NCBI GenBank assembly: GCA_951406725.2 | Contig: OX597819.1 | Span: 74,710,001-74,774,000, forward strand | From: Octopus vulgaris | Lineage: Eukaryota | Direction: 5' to 3' | Length of the DNA: 64,000 nucleotides | Shown here: positions 50,827 through 63,130 of the stretch, one piece after another | How positions within the stretch are numbered: position 1 is the stretch's first letter | How the letters are laid out: every line of letters starts with the position of its first letter | Position numbers and translations under genes: made by a program | Notes under the pieces: generated by a model | Told to the model about the DNA's origin: nothing | What the model saw: the letters and a program-made list of their open reading frames with translations, nothing else | Databases searched by the model: none

Positions 50827-51005
50827 TGTATAATATATACACACACAGGGGGAGAGAGAATTATACATATATGTATATATGTACACAGATAAACAGATAT
50901 ACACACGTTAGACACTATGAGATAAACTCACATTGCCTTTTAGTGCAAAATGCAGTCTTGTTTCTATTGCTTGCTTGTATATATACATATGTATATATAC
51001 ATATG

Positions 51006-51055
<50 letters not shown>

Positions 51056-52023
51056 TAGATAGATAGATATATATATATATACACGTTTGAATATAGAGTA
51101 AAACATTTAAATCCAGAGGGTCTGACAACAGCAGAAAACTTTTGAAATTGATTTGCCCAAGTTTATGTCCCTAATGAGAAAGTGACGGGGTCACTTGGCT
51201 TCGAAACCGCATCTGTCGTTCGACAATGAGTATTCAGTCGTTCAGTCCACCAAATTACCTCCTCCTGAATTATCGTCTTAGTAGCCGAGTATTCCACAGA
51301 TATATGTACTGTTAACGTAATTCTCAGGCAGAAACAGGGGACAAGGTTGCGCCTTTTGAGTTACAGATATAATCCATTCAATGGGCTTCCATACACTTTC
51401 CATCGATCTCATTTCAATCTCAAGATATAGATCGACCCAAAAATGACATCGGCTCAAAATGGTATATGGTGAGATCGACATTACAAAGCAAACCTCTTAA
51501 CCATTCGGCTATATTGCGCCAATATCATAAAATTGACAGGAGATTATAATTCCTGGCTGTCGCTTAGCATGTCACACAAGATCTTGACGCGCAGGATTAC
51601 ATAATGTATGAATTGGATAGCATTGTATGAGATATGGAATAAATATATGGTCAGTTTACGGAAACAATTGTCATTTGCCAGCAAGCAGGATTAAAATCTT
51701 TAAATAATTTAGAGATTTCTGATATAGTCAAACACTATATTCAAATAAACCATTGAATTGTTTCTAAGATCTGATAAGGTGTTATGTTTATCTCGAAGAA
51801 GATACAGGAATGGCGATGATGAAGCATCCACGTTGTGACCTCTTAACTAAGACACTCGAAAGCAAAGCACGCCAATAGTTTTTGAAAAGCACAAAAGACA
51901 GACTGGAGGTTTTACTGAACTTTATATCAAGGTTGGCCATGGAGAATAAGTGGTATTTAGTAGAGCCCTCATCGACATTTTCAAGTTCCGCTTGAAAAAG
52001 GTGGAAAGGGAAGTACTATAATT

Positions 52024-52174
52024 CAGTGCTCCTCAAAGTGGTGGTCCACGAGCCATCAGCTGCCGAGTTTCCAGAAAAGAAAGAAACATTATAAAAATGC
52101 TTATGTAACATTGTATTATTTGTTTACAAAATAAATATAAGATAAAAAAGAAATTGTTAACTTTTATTATATTC

Positions 52175-52213
<39 letters not shown>

Positions 52214-52316
52214 TACAGTACAAATTAATATTATTAAGAAATATTACTGGTCCCTGGCACATTAGAGAAAAAAAAAAACTGCCCATACAACACATCAGAT
52301 AGTTTGAGAAATGCTG
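52024..52316. mobile_element. hAT-type MITE
   Basis: CAGTGCTCCTCAAA ... TTTGAGAAATGCTG; homologous to 31278-31551. Confidence 0.7.
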
Positions 52317-52327
52317 AATTTATTCTA

Positions 52328-52730
52328 AGGTGAGCGAAAGCAGCAAAAATGGCGCGAGCAGATGGTCCCACTCTGAGTATAAACCTGTGAGTTGGAGAAC
52401 AGACATTGGGGAGGGCATTTGCCCTTGGTATTCAGAAAGATCTTGGATGGTGGAGTTCTTCGATTAGCCCCAGAGATCCTATCAGGAAGACTGCATCACT
52501 ATCTTCCTTTTATTTTCTAAACTGATGTCTGCCCCATATGCTGCTTTTTTGTTGTTAATACTGCATACTATGCACACTTGATTTTTTTTTTCTTTTCTCT
52601 CTAATCATGCTACTCTGTGTATATCCCCACACTTTATGTCCATCTTTGAATTATCCCTTCACCCGTCGCCCTTGTGGCAAATAAAAGAAATAATAACAAT
52701 CATTATTATTATTATTATCATCATCATCAT
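52328..52730 (+). mobile_element. LINE 3' end (probably Tx1/L1-type): ORF2 C-terminus + 3' UTR + (ATT/ATC)n tail
   Basis: R*AKAAKMARADGPTLSINL* (TGA probably from TGG), pyrimidine-rich UTR, GCCCTTGTGGCAAATAAAAGAAAT; clade assignment is inference. Confidence 0.55.
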
Positions 52731-53064
52731 AGTAGGAGGTAGTGCACCATGATGACAAGCCGGAAGTGGCAGTGCATCGTTGCAAGAGGGTAGAGTGCAG
52801 TGGAGGAGGAGGACTGCCAATCATCATCATCTACCACAGCCACCACCACCACCACCACCACTATAACCCGTGTATAGATATCTGCAAGCCAGAGGATGTG
52901 ATATGTGTACTCAAGACACAACAAAAACACACACACACATATGAAAGAGAGAGAGAAAGTGAATGAGTGGCAGAAAGGGAGAAGGTGTCATGAAGTCCAT
53001 TATAGTTGAAAGGTCAATGGGAAAAATATATTTCAGATAATATAGACACATCTTTTGTCTTTCC

Positions 53065-53437
53065 TCTTTTACTTGTTTCAGTCATTAGACTGCAGCCACA
53101 CTGTGGCACCACCTTGGAGAATTTTAGTTGAACGAATCGACCCTGGTACTTATTTTTTTAAGCCTGGTATTTATTCTATCGGTCTCTTTTGCTGAAATGC
53201 TAGTTAACGGGGAAGAAAACAAACCAACACCAGGTGTTAAGCAGTGTAGTGGGGGACAAACACACACATGTGTGTGCGTGTGTACGACGGGCTTCTTTCA
53301 GTTTCCATCTACCAAATCCACTCACAAGGCTTTGGTCGGCCCAAGGAATAGTAGAAGACACTTGCCCAAGGCGCTATGCAGTGGGACTGAACCTACAATC
53401 ATGTGGTTGGCGAGCAAACTTAATACAGAGCCACGCC
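53065..53437 (-). mobile_element. SINE family B
   Basis: TTTTACTTGTTTCAGTCATTAGACTGC..CAGAGCCACGCC. Confidence 0.85.
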
Positions 53438-53468
53438 TGAACCTTATATGTATATATATGTATGTATA

Positions 53469-53516
<48 letters not shown>

Positions 53517-53969
53517 ATTATTATTATTATTAAATGTTATTGTTTAAAATTTATTCATTTATGTAGTTTTATAAGCAGATATAATGCTAAGATTAATTTC
53601 AATGCATTGCACTCCACCGATGGCTTAACTGGCCGAGACTTCGAAGTCACAGTCAATAATATTTTTATTTAAGAATAATAAATTTGTACTCTACAAAAGT
53701 ATAAAATAACTCGATTCATGTAAAACTTATTTTTCATTTTAACAACATAAACACACACACACGCATATATATATATATATATATTAAAATGAAAAAATGA
53801 AAATGGAGATAAGGAAGTTAATTGTTTATTCTTAAGAAATTAGTCATCTTCGCTTCATGAGTATATATGTATATACACTTTTGCTCTGAGTTCAATTATC
53901 CTGTTTGCATCACCACACCTACACACACACATATCATTTCCAAAATATGAGAGCAAAACTACACAAAAC

Positions 53970-54019
<50 letters not shown>

Positions 54020-54382
54020 TACACACACATATATACACACACATATATATATTTCGTGTGTCGCACACGCGCACGGCAATTACCCTCTCTACTGTTTCTC
54101 CATGATGTAACAGACAAACGGTTTTCAAGGTTATTTCGATAGAGTCACATCAGCCGTCGGTCGATCTGACGACTACATTACACAGCTTGAGGCGGCAGGC
54201 TTAACCATGAGTAAAAAAAAAATTTTTTTTTTTAACACTGTAGTTGATGTGCTCCAGTCTGGCCAGAACTATTTGTTATTAATAAAGTTTCTTGAGAAAC
54301 TTTATTTCTTGTAAAATTGAGTCAAACAGAAAATAAACACTGTGTGTGTGTGTGTGTGTATGTATTCACTTGCTAGTGTGTA

Positions 54383-54450
<68 letters not shown>

Positions 54451-54580
54451 ATATATATAGATATATATAATGATATAATAAAAAATATGTAATGATATTA
54501 TTGTTTACAATGATATCAAGTGGTATTACAGCATGCGTAAATAACCATGAAGGTAATACTATAAGGTAAAAAAAAAATAA

Positions 54581-54649
54581 TTAATAATTCAGGGTGCTAC
54601 AAATGGCACCAGTAAGCGTGGTGTCATTTGTAGCATCCTTAATTATTAA
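54581..54649 (+). other. 31-bp stem hairpin with a 7-nt loop (pre-miRNA-sized)
   Basis: TTAATAATTCAGGGTGCTACAAATGGCACCA-GTAAGCG-TGGTGTCATTTGTAGCATCCTTAATTATTAA; one mismatch and two G:U pairs on the plus strand. Confidence 0.8.
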
Positions 54650-54798
54650 CACACACACGTGTGTGTGTGTCTGTCTTAAGTATGTATACATACATATTGT
54701 CTGGGAGACTCTTCTTATAATAGGAGAAATAGCTAAATTCTTTGGCTGCTATTTCAAAAACTTCGGTGAGTGGTAAAGTAAATTTTTTTGATGAACCC

Positions 54799-54802
<4 letters not shown>

Positions 54803-54838
<36 letters not shown>

Positions 54839-55215
54839 GTAGTATATATGTATGTATACATATATATATATATATTATATGTGTAGTATATATGTATGTA
54901 TACATATATATATATATATATATGTGTAGTATATATGTATGTATACATATATATTATATGTGTAGTATATATGTATGTATACATATATATATATTATATG
55001 TGTAGTATATATATATGTATACATATATATTATATGTGTAGTATATATGTATGTATACATACATATATATATATATTATATGTGTAGTATATATGAATGT
55101 ATACATATATATATTATATGTGTAGTATATATGTATGTATACATATATATATATATTATATGTGTAGTATATATGTATGTATACATATATATATTATGTG
55201 TAGTATATATGTATG
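54803..55215. repeat. TA-derived minisatellite, core TTATATGTGTAGTATATATGTATGTATACATATA, about 10 units
   Basis: Directly visible. Confidence 0.92.
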
Positions 55216-55395
55216 TCGATTTCTTTCCCCTGTCCTCCCTTCTCGGGATCTTTCCTTCTCCTATGTTTCCGACGAAGAGCTCCGCTCGAAACGTCAAACC
55301 CTCCTTCTTCCCTTAGCGTCCAATAATACCTTATTTGTTCTACGTCCTTGCGTTGTTGCTTTTTTGATTTTGGTTTCTTGTTTGGATTAACTAAC
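55215..55395 (+). mobile_element. Family D TA-associated element with a minimal hammerhead (55265-55299)
   Basis: GTTT-CCGACGA-A-GAGC-TCC-GCTC-GAAAC-GTC-AAAC; ends TTTGGATTAACTA. Confidence 0.75.
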
Positions 55396-55400
55396 TATAC

Positions 55401-55441
<41 letters not shown>

Positions 55442-55445
55442 ATGT

Positions 55446-55500
55446 AGGTGGTGCTATTAAGTTAGACATGGCCTGCGCCTATACTGGCAGAAATCTATCA

Positions 55501-55503
<3 letters not shown>
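55446..55503 (+). mobile_element. Extreme 3' end (about 55 bp) of the same CR1-type LINE as 35391-36400
   Basis: AGGTGGTGCTATTAAGTTAGACATGGCCTG is identical to the reverse complement of about 35427-35456; followed by (TA)n. Confidence 0.85.
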
Positions 55504-55548
<45 letters not shown>

Positions 55549-55553
55549 TTACA

Positions 55554-55603
<50 letters not shown>

Positions 55604-55681
55604 TGTATGTATGTAAATATGTGACTGACAACAGAATAAAACTGGATATATATAAATCTGTTCTCATTATTAATTTGTGTT

Positions 55682-55812
55682 CACCGAGGTCGACTTTGCC
55701 TTTCATCCTTTCGGGATCGATAAATTAAGTACCAGTTGTATACTGAGTTGATCTAATTGACTGGTCCTCTCCACCAAAATTTCGGGCCTTGTGCCTAGAG
55801 TAGAAAAGATTA

Positions 55813-55866
<54 letters not shown>

Positions 55867-56240
55867 CGTGTGTGAGGCGTGGTTGTGTGATAAAAAGTTA
55901 GCTTCACAAGCACGTGGTTCCGGGTTCAGTCCCGCTGTGTGCCACCTTAGTCAAATGTCTTCTTGCTTTCTACTATAGCCCAGGGCCAGCCAAAGCCTTG
56001 TGAATGGATTTGGTAGATGGAAACTGTAAGAAGCCTGCTGTGTGTGTACCCCTTCACAGCTTGTCAACCGGAGTCGGTTTGTTTACATCCCTTTAACTAG
56101 CGGTTCAGCGATAGAGACAAGCAGAATAAATATCAGACTTAAAAAAGTGAGTATTGGGATCGATCTGTTCGACTTAACCATTCAATGCGTTGCCCCAGCG
56201 TGGCCACAGTCTAAACGGAGATAAGTTCAAAAGATAAAAA
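55682..56240 (+). mobile_element. 5'-truncated SINE A (55682-55812) followed by SINE B (55875-56240)
   Basis: CCGAGGTCGACTTTGCCTTTCATCC..; AGGCGTGGTTGTGTGATAAAAAG..GGGTTCAGTCCC. Confidence 0.85.
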
Positions 56241-56666
56241 CTGGATGGATGGATGGAACATCGGGAGAAGGACAAGTATAGACATGAGTGAAAGGGAGAA
56301 GCTTAAACAAAAGGAGTAAGAGAAGTGAAAGTGAAAGAAATGAAGCGGAAAGAGGGAGAGGGAGGAAATATATGATGGTGAGAGAGAGGCGGAGAGGAAG
56401 AGAGGGTAGAGGGGAAGTTAAAGAGTTACTTGGGAGGAAGCGACTGGAATTTGAGTGGAGGTAGAGAGAAGGAGAAAGAGTAAGAGATACGAGGTACGAT
56501 TAATAGAGTTAAAAGCTAGAGGGAGGGGGAAAGCGAACAGCAGAGAGAAGGCAGACAGAAAAAAAAATAAGAGAGAGAGGAGGAGAGAGGAAGGGAGGAA
56601 GGAGAAATAATCACGGAGTGAAAGATAATGACAGGAACATTTATGAAGAAACAAAGAGGAGTGGGT

Positions 56667-56703
<37 letters not shown>

Positions 56704-57431
56704 CAGAAAGGATATAGAAAAGGTGAGAGTGACAGAGTATAACTGATGGAGATGGTGAGAGTCAAATAGTTAGGTAGTGGAAGAGAGAAAATAGACAGAA
56801 ATATGAGAGAAAGGGTGTAAGAGATGAAGAAACAGAGTAAAGACGAAAAAGAGAGAGAAGAGTAGATAAAAGAGTCAGAGAGAATAGGGGAGAAAAAGAA
56901 AGAAAGAAGAAAGCGAAAAGCCATGTAGTTAAAGCAAGATTTGAGCAAGGTAGATTTGAAGTGAATACGGACGGACGGACGGATAACAGCTATTAAGTAG
57001 AGTTATCTATTGCTGAATCATCCTTTAATTATTGACTTGGCAGTTGTTGTTCTTATATTATCGCTTGGTTGAGGTGTCAGACGACACTCTACCCACGACG
57101 ACGATGGCGGCGGCTTCTTCATATTGGAACCAAAAATAATAAAACGACAGTGAGGAGATGGAGGGGAAATGGAGGACGGAGGAGAGACGAAGACGGGCAG
57201 GAAAGAGTACAAATAAACTTGGTTTCTGTTTTCTTTTTCCTCCCTTATCATACGTGGTCCAACTGTAGTTTGTGATTACGAGTAAATTCAAGGACCCAGT
57301 ATCTAGTAGCCCAGCAATATTGGTAAAAGGAACCGCAGTTTCAGATTTCTGGTGGTGGAGTTAGGCGATCTTTAAGTTTAGGGCATCGTTTTCACGTTCG
57401 TTAATGGCTCAATGATAAAACTGAAAGAAAT

Positions 57432-57825
57432 GGGATCTTTTCGGTTTGAACGGCAGTTTTTTCTAGCGGTGTCATATGAAATTGTCACCCATAATTATGA
57501 CCCTAGAATCGTTCTATTGCATTTCAATCTCTTTTAGGGTTAGGGAAAGGGTATCTTTTTTTCTTCACAAATGTAAATAAACCCAGTCTGTTTCTTAAAC
57601 GAGGGACATATTCATACGGCACAGAATGCTTTTTAACTGATTGGTTGAAATTGCAGAAATTGAAGAAGAAAAAAAACAACAAATATCTTACAAACTATAG
57701 AATTTTCTCATAAAGCCAAGAGAAAAAGATGTTTTATAAACACATTCTACCAGTATACGAAGTTTAAAATTTTTTAGTTACCTAGAAATTATGTTAAAAA
57801 CTGCCATTCAAACCGAAAAGATCCA
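57432..57825. mobile_element. MITE with ~30-bp TIRs and 6-bp TSD, copy 2 (inverted relative to 14644-15053)
   Basis: GGGATCTTTTCGGTTTGAACGGCAGTTTTT ... AAAAACTGCCATTCAAACCGAAAAGATCCA; TSD AGAAAT at 57426-31 and 57826-31. Confidence 0.9.
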
Positions 57826-58769
57826 AGAAATGTACTGAAACAGTGATTCTCAACCAGGGTCCATATGGTGTTAAAATCTATTAGCAATAAATCGGTTATG
57901 CTTCTACAATACACAAAATATTTTACCTTTTTTTTTTCATGCAATTCCTAATAATATTAATTATAAAAATATAACAGGATTTTAAAAACATCGAATGGCT
58001 GGGAGGCTCCAGTATATGACTGGTATTTGTGCTATCGATATCGGAGAGATGAAAGAGGGAATCAAATGACTGACGTCACTTGAACCCTGAGCAGTGGTTC
58101 ACAACCTGTGGTCCACGGGAACTAAATTCAAAATTTCGTGTCATATCAAAAGAGGTCCGTGGGAAAACTCATTTAAATGAAAGGCGTCCTTGGTAATGAG
58201 TAGGTTGGGAACCACAGACCCAGTGTAAAAGAAGGGATTAAGAACTTCGGCCTTTCCATCACCTTAATCTCATTATCATTAATTAATTAAGGGAGGAGGA
58301 GCAAGTTCTGGCTTTAACTCCTCATTGAGTTAGACCTTCAAAATTACACATTACAGTGTTAAAAATAAACGAGGGACACTTTGAATATTAGAATCTTAGA
58401 AATTAAATGCGATGCTCATGGCTGGAACGCTTTGATCTTAAGTGCAGTTGATTTGGGGCTAAGCACTTCTACTAACCACAGCTCTTTCCTAAAAATTAAG
58501 AAATTATCCAAAATTGCAGAAGATTGGCAGTTTGACCAACGGCCAAGTTGCCTTGTGGTACTCAATACCGCCCTTTTCTGAGTTCAGTTTCATCCGGTCA
58601 TCTTTGCCTTTCGTTCTTCCCTCAGCAATAACATAAAGCACATTCACACAAATGGTTGATTTAATCAACTCCACACCACACCCCGACAACTTTTTCCTCT
58701 TTCGTCCCAACAAATTTACGACTTTCTGCTAAAATAAGAAATTCGTGGGTATTTTACTCGTTTCTAGAA

Positions 58770-59200
58770 CAACACGTTGTCTCCTTCAGCAAGACACTTT
58801 ATTTCACGTTGCTCCAGTCCACTCATTTGCAAAAGTGAGCAGTAATTCAAAGGGCCAGCCTTATCATATTTCTGTGTCACGCTGAATCTCCCCGAGAACC
58901 ATGCTAAGGGTACACGTGTCTGGAGTAATCAGCCACTTCCACGTTAATTTCACTAACAGGCTGTTCCGTTCATCGGATCAGCTGGAACACTCGTCATCGT
59001 AACCAACGGAGTGCCATTAATATATATATATGTATATATATATACACACATACGACGGGCTTCTTTTCAGTTTCCATCTACCAAATCCACTTACAAGGCT
59101 TTGGTTGGCCCGAGGCTATATAAGAAGACACTTGCCCAAGGTGCCACGCAGTGGGACTAAACCCGGAATCATGTGGTCGGGAAGCAATTTTCTTACCACG

Positions 59201-59202
<2 letters not shown>
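58770..59202. mobile_element. SINE C (58770-59016 +) and SINE B 5' half (59050-59202 -)
   Basis: GCAAGACACTTTATTTCACGTTGCTCCAGTCCAC..AACGGAGTGCC; CCCAAGGTGCCACGCAGTGGGAC. Confidence 0.85.
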
Positions 59203-59250
<48 letters not shown>

Positions 59251-59491
59251 TATTTTTATATGATATATCTATATATGATATTTTTATATGATATAGCTAT
59301 ATATATATTTTTATATGATATATCTATATATATATATATTTTATATGATATATCTATATATATATATTTATATGATATATCTATATATATATTTTTATAT
59401 GATATATCTATATATATATTTTTATATGATATATCTATATATATATTTTTATATGATATATCTATATATATATTTTTATATGATATATCTA

Positions 59492-59525
<34 letters not shown>

Positions 59526-59615
59526 ATTTTATATGATATATCTATATATATATATGATATTTTATATGATATATCTATATATATGATATTTTATATGATC
59601 ATATATATATATATG
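59203..59615. repeat. TA-derived minisatellite TTTTTATATGATATATCTATATATA, more than 10 units
   Basis: Directly visible. Confidence 0.92.
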
Positions 59616-60504
59616 TGATGTTTAATTCCAAGTATTAAGGAGTCCGGTGGAAAGTGAAGGTGCAACGATTCAGTGGATTTGGTGGAATCGTTAAGTGTCC
59701 AACAAAATACCTTGCTGTGTCTCTTCCGTCTCTTTGCGTTCTGAGTTGAAACACTTCCGAGGTAACAGTGATTTTCATCTACATGGAGGCAATAAAATAT
59801 GGAACTAATCAAGTTCTGTATCTTATTGACTAACCTATTCTCCCACCCCACGAAATTGCTGACCTTGTGTCAAAATTAGAAGCAATTCCTTTAATTCCGT
59901 TTCTGTTCTTGTGATGTTTGAAGATATTCATCAAACGAAAGATGGCGATGTTAAAGTGGAAGTTTCCAGTCAGAAATCGAAACTGTATCTCAAAATAATT
60001 CACTCTAATACCACGACACTCATCTAAACAATTTTTTTTCTTCACAAGCCATCACTCAACTCCATCTCATTGTTATTGCTGTGGGGAATCATAAATTTGA
60101 ACACTATTCTAAACCATGGAGGTGACCCCTAAATTTTGGCTTGTAAAACTTAAAGGCACCAAACAATTACAATTTTGAAGATCCTGCTACGAAACATGCC
60201 TAAATCACATAAATTTTCATGTGACTTGAGTTCTAGATTGATTTCTAAAACGGTCTCAAATTCTGGGCGGAGGAATAAACGATCTTAAAGACCCTAATAC
60301 CTGACTGATACAATTTTATCAACTATCCCCCGCTTCCGAAAGATAAAAGGCAAAAATCTATGTGGTAAGGATTCGTACGCAAAACGTCAAGAGGCGTCAC
60401 TAAGTACTACAAAATATTTCGTTTAGTGACTTTGGGAGTGTGAAAAATAAAACCTTCCCAAGTTGAGAGTATTGGCTTGAAAGTTAAGGATCAAAGCTGA
60501 TTTC

Positions 60505-60712
60505 GTAATCCTTTCGAATTCAGATTACTCTATCAAATGCAATGCTTCTGCATATTATTATGAAATAATCATAGATTATCTTGTAGCTTGGAGATTTCAA
60601 TGATGCGATGACATTGCAGGGTAGGTGTAAGAGGCTGGCTCTGGTCAGTTTTAACAAGCAATAGGGAGAATATTTGGGCTGGATATGACCGGTTTAAATG
60701 TTAGAGGATTGA
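60505..60712. mobile_element. Degenerate piggyBac-type MITE
   Basis: GTAATCCTTTCGAATTC ... AAATGTTAGAGGATTGA resemble eroded TTAA-CCCTTTAGCATT / AATGCTAAAGGG-TTAA ends. Confidence 0.45.
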
Positions 60713-60805
60713 GGATATATTTACTGATTAAAATAAAATATTATACACAAGGAAGATGACTTGTGACGGAGACCATGGAAGAGTAAAAATAATCTGGTCA
60801 CATTA

Positions 60806-60855
<50 letters not shown>

Positions 60856-61261
60856 TTATAACTAAAAATATACAGATGTGATTTTTATACATTAGTTACA
60901 AATTATCGATGTTAAGCTCCACGTTAGCCCGGATCGAGTAGCCCTCTGGTTACAGGCTTTCCTACCGTGACCATAATGTTCGACGCCGTAACGATTCAGT
61001 TAATGCACTAGAAAGGAATAATGACAATTTCAAAGTTTAGCACCACGCATCCCAAGAATTTTATTTACTTTTGGAGGGGGTGTATAAAAAAGATTATTGT
61101 CGAATTAATGGACTTTATGGCACCGACCTTTAAGATTAAAAAAAGTAATAAAGTGACTTTAGCGGGATTTGAACTCCGAAAGTAAAGCAAAAAGTAAAAC
61201 GCCACTACACACACACACACACACACACAACAAGTAGCGAGTCAAATATTTGTCTTATATT

Positions 61262-61575
61262 TTGTTTTACTTGTTTCAGCCATTAAACTGCGGTCATGCT
61301 GGAACACCGCCTTAAAGGGTTTTAGTCGAAGAAGCCTAAACTAGAATTTATTCTTTTAAGCCTGGTGCTTATTCTATCAGTCTTTTATCGAACCGCTAAG
61401 TTACAGGAGCGTAAACATACCAATACCGGTTATCAAGCGGTGGTGGTGAGACACACACACACACACACACACGCACATATGTATCCACTCACAAGGCTTT
61501 GGTCGGTCCGAGGCTATAGCAGAAAACTTGCTCATGATGCCTCGCAGTGGGACCGAACCCGGAACCATGTGGGGA
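61262..61575 (-). mobile_element. SINE family B
   Basis: TTTTACTTGTTTCAGCCATT..CGCAGTGGGACCGAACCCGGAACCATGTGG. Confidence 0.85.
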
Positions 61576-61833
61576 AAGAAAAAATACAAATCAAGCGATG
61601 ATAACCTAATGTTACGATTGGATTTAGGATGGCTGTTCTCTAAATAATTAATTAAATAAATATTTTAGTTAAAACAGAATCCGAAGAGGGTGATGGTAGT
61701 GGTAGCCTGCATCGGTAAGTCTTGTCTTATTTCGAGAAAATCTGAATTCTTCGAGCTGTGTCCGATACACCCATCCCACCCTTTTCTTTCAAAGCCCTAC
61801 ATTTTCTTGGATAAAATAGCACTGTTTGCCGAA

Positions 61834-62123
61834 ATTGTAAAGATAATCTGGAACTCGACTGAGGATAGAAAACTCCGAATGACACGTCCTTGTTTCCTTG
61901 TATCGTCTGTCTGGATGTTTTGCGTTCTTGTCCCATTTTTGTATTCCTTTACATATATATATACGTACACACATAAAATACTAAAATGGGACAAGAACGC
62001 AAAACATCAAGAGAGGTGATACAAAAACGGACAACAAAACACCCAGACAAACGATACAAGGAAACAAGGACGGGTCATTCGGAGTTTTCTATCCTCAGTC
62101 AAGTTCCTGATTATTTTTGCAAT
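61834..62123. mobile_element. Inverted pair of family F elements tail-to-tail around a short (TA)n; third partial copy at 50282-50382
   Basis: GACTGAGGATAGAAAACTCCGAATGAC..GTTTTGCGTTCTTGTCCCATTTT versus AAAATGGGACAAGAACGCAAAAC..GTCATTCGGAGTTTTCTATCCTCAGTC. Confidence 0.8.
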
Positions 62124-63130
62124 ATAATATATAATCTTTGTGTATGTGTATGACACACTTACACACACATTTATATATTCACACATACAGAGAGAGGGGA
62201 GCGAGAAAGAGAAAAAGAAAGAGATGTAAGATGAGGTGTTCTTGTTTCTAATTTGGGCAAAAGAACTTTTTGGGGTGAGATAGGGAAAAGGGATTTGTCG
62301 ATTAAATGTGCTCTGGTACTTGATTGCTGTTTTATTTTATCGATTCTGTGAGATGGCAGGATAGGAATCATCTCAGTGGCATTTTGAAATGAGATCGAAG
62401 AGAGAGAGAGAGAGAACAAGAAAAACGAAGGAGGAGAAGCAGGAGGAGTTAATTTAAGGTTGATGAGACGAAAGAGACGGAGTAAAGTTATGAGAGAGTA
62501 AGAGAGAGAAGGGGAGGGAGGAATTAATGTTGATTAGTGAGTATTGTGGAGAGGGTGAGAGAGAGAGAGAGACTGTGCAATAGAGGAAGGGGAAGAGGTG
62601 ATGCTTACAATTGATTGTTAATGGAGAGGGACTGTGTATGTGAGAGAGAGAGAGAGGGAAAGGGTAAAAGTGTCAAACATACGCAGAAAAGATAACCGTG
62701 TGTGTGTGTGTGTGTGTGTGATATCAATAAACATGTAGATTTAGTTTATCTTTTTACTACAACATCGTAAATTAATTAAACTTTAAATCATGAAAAGAAA
62801 ACCGCAGGACAAATTACGTTTTACCATGTTTGACGGCATAAGAGATGCCTGTAGTCGCACCCCTTATTTCAGCAGCTCATTTTGAGGAAAACAAGTTTTT
62901 TAGTGCTTTAACACATGTAATATAGGTCCAAATTGGCATCTAGGATCCAAGGTGATTTTTTTAAAAAAACATTCTGGTGGGATAAAAAAAAATGTTTCAT
63001 ATATGGCATCAAATATTGTATTACTATACTGGAATTTGGATAGAGATGGATTTACTTGCAGTTCTAAGTATTATGTAAGTGCTTCGCTATCTTATTCAAA
63101 ATAGAAATTCTTGAAAACACACACACATAC

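Noticed and set aside
51560-51960. Possible decayed pogo/Tigger transposase (FLKSTKDRLEVLL)
   Set aside because: One short motif amid stops; needs an HMM search.
57534-57546. TTAGGGTTAGGG telomere-like repeat
   Set aside because: Only two units, internal to a MITE; not an interstitial telomere array.
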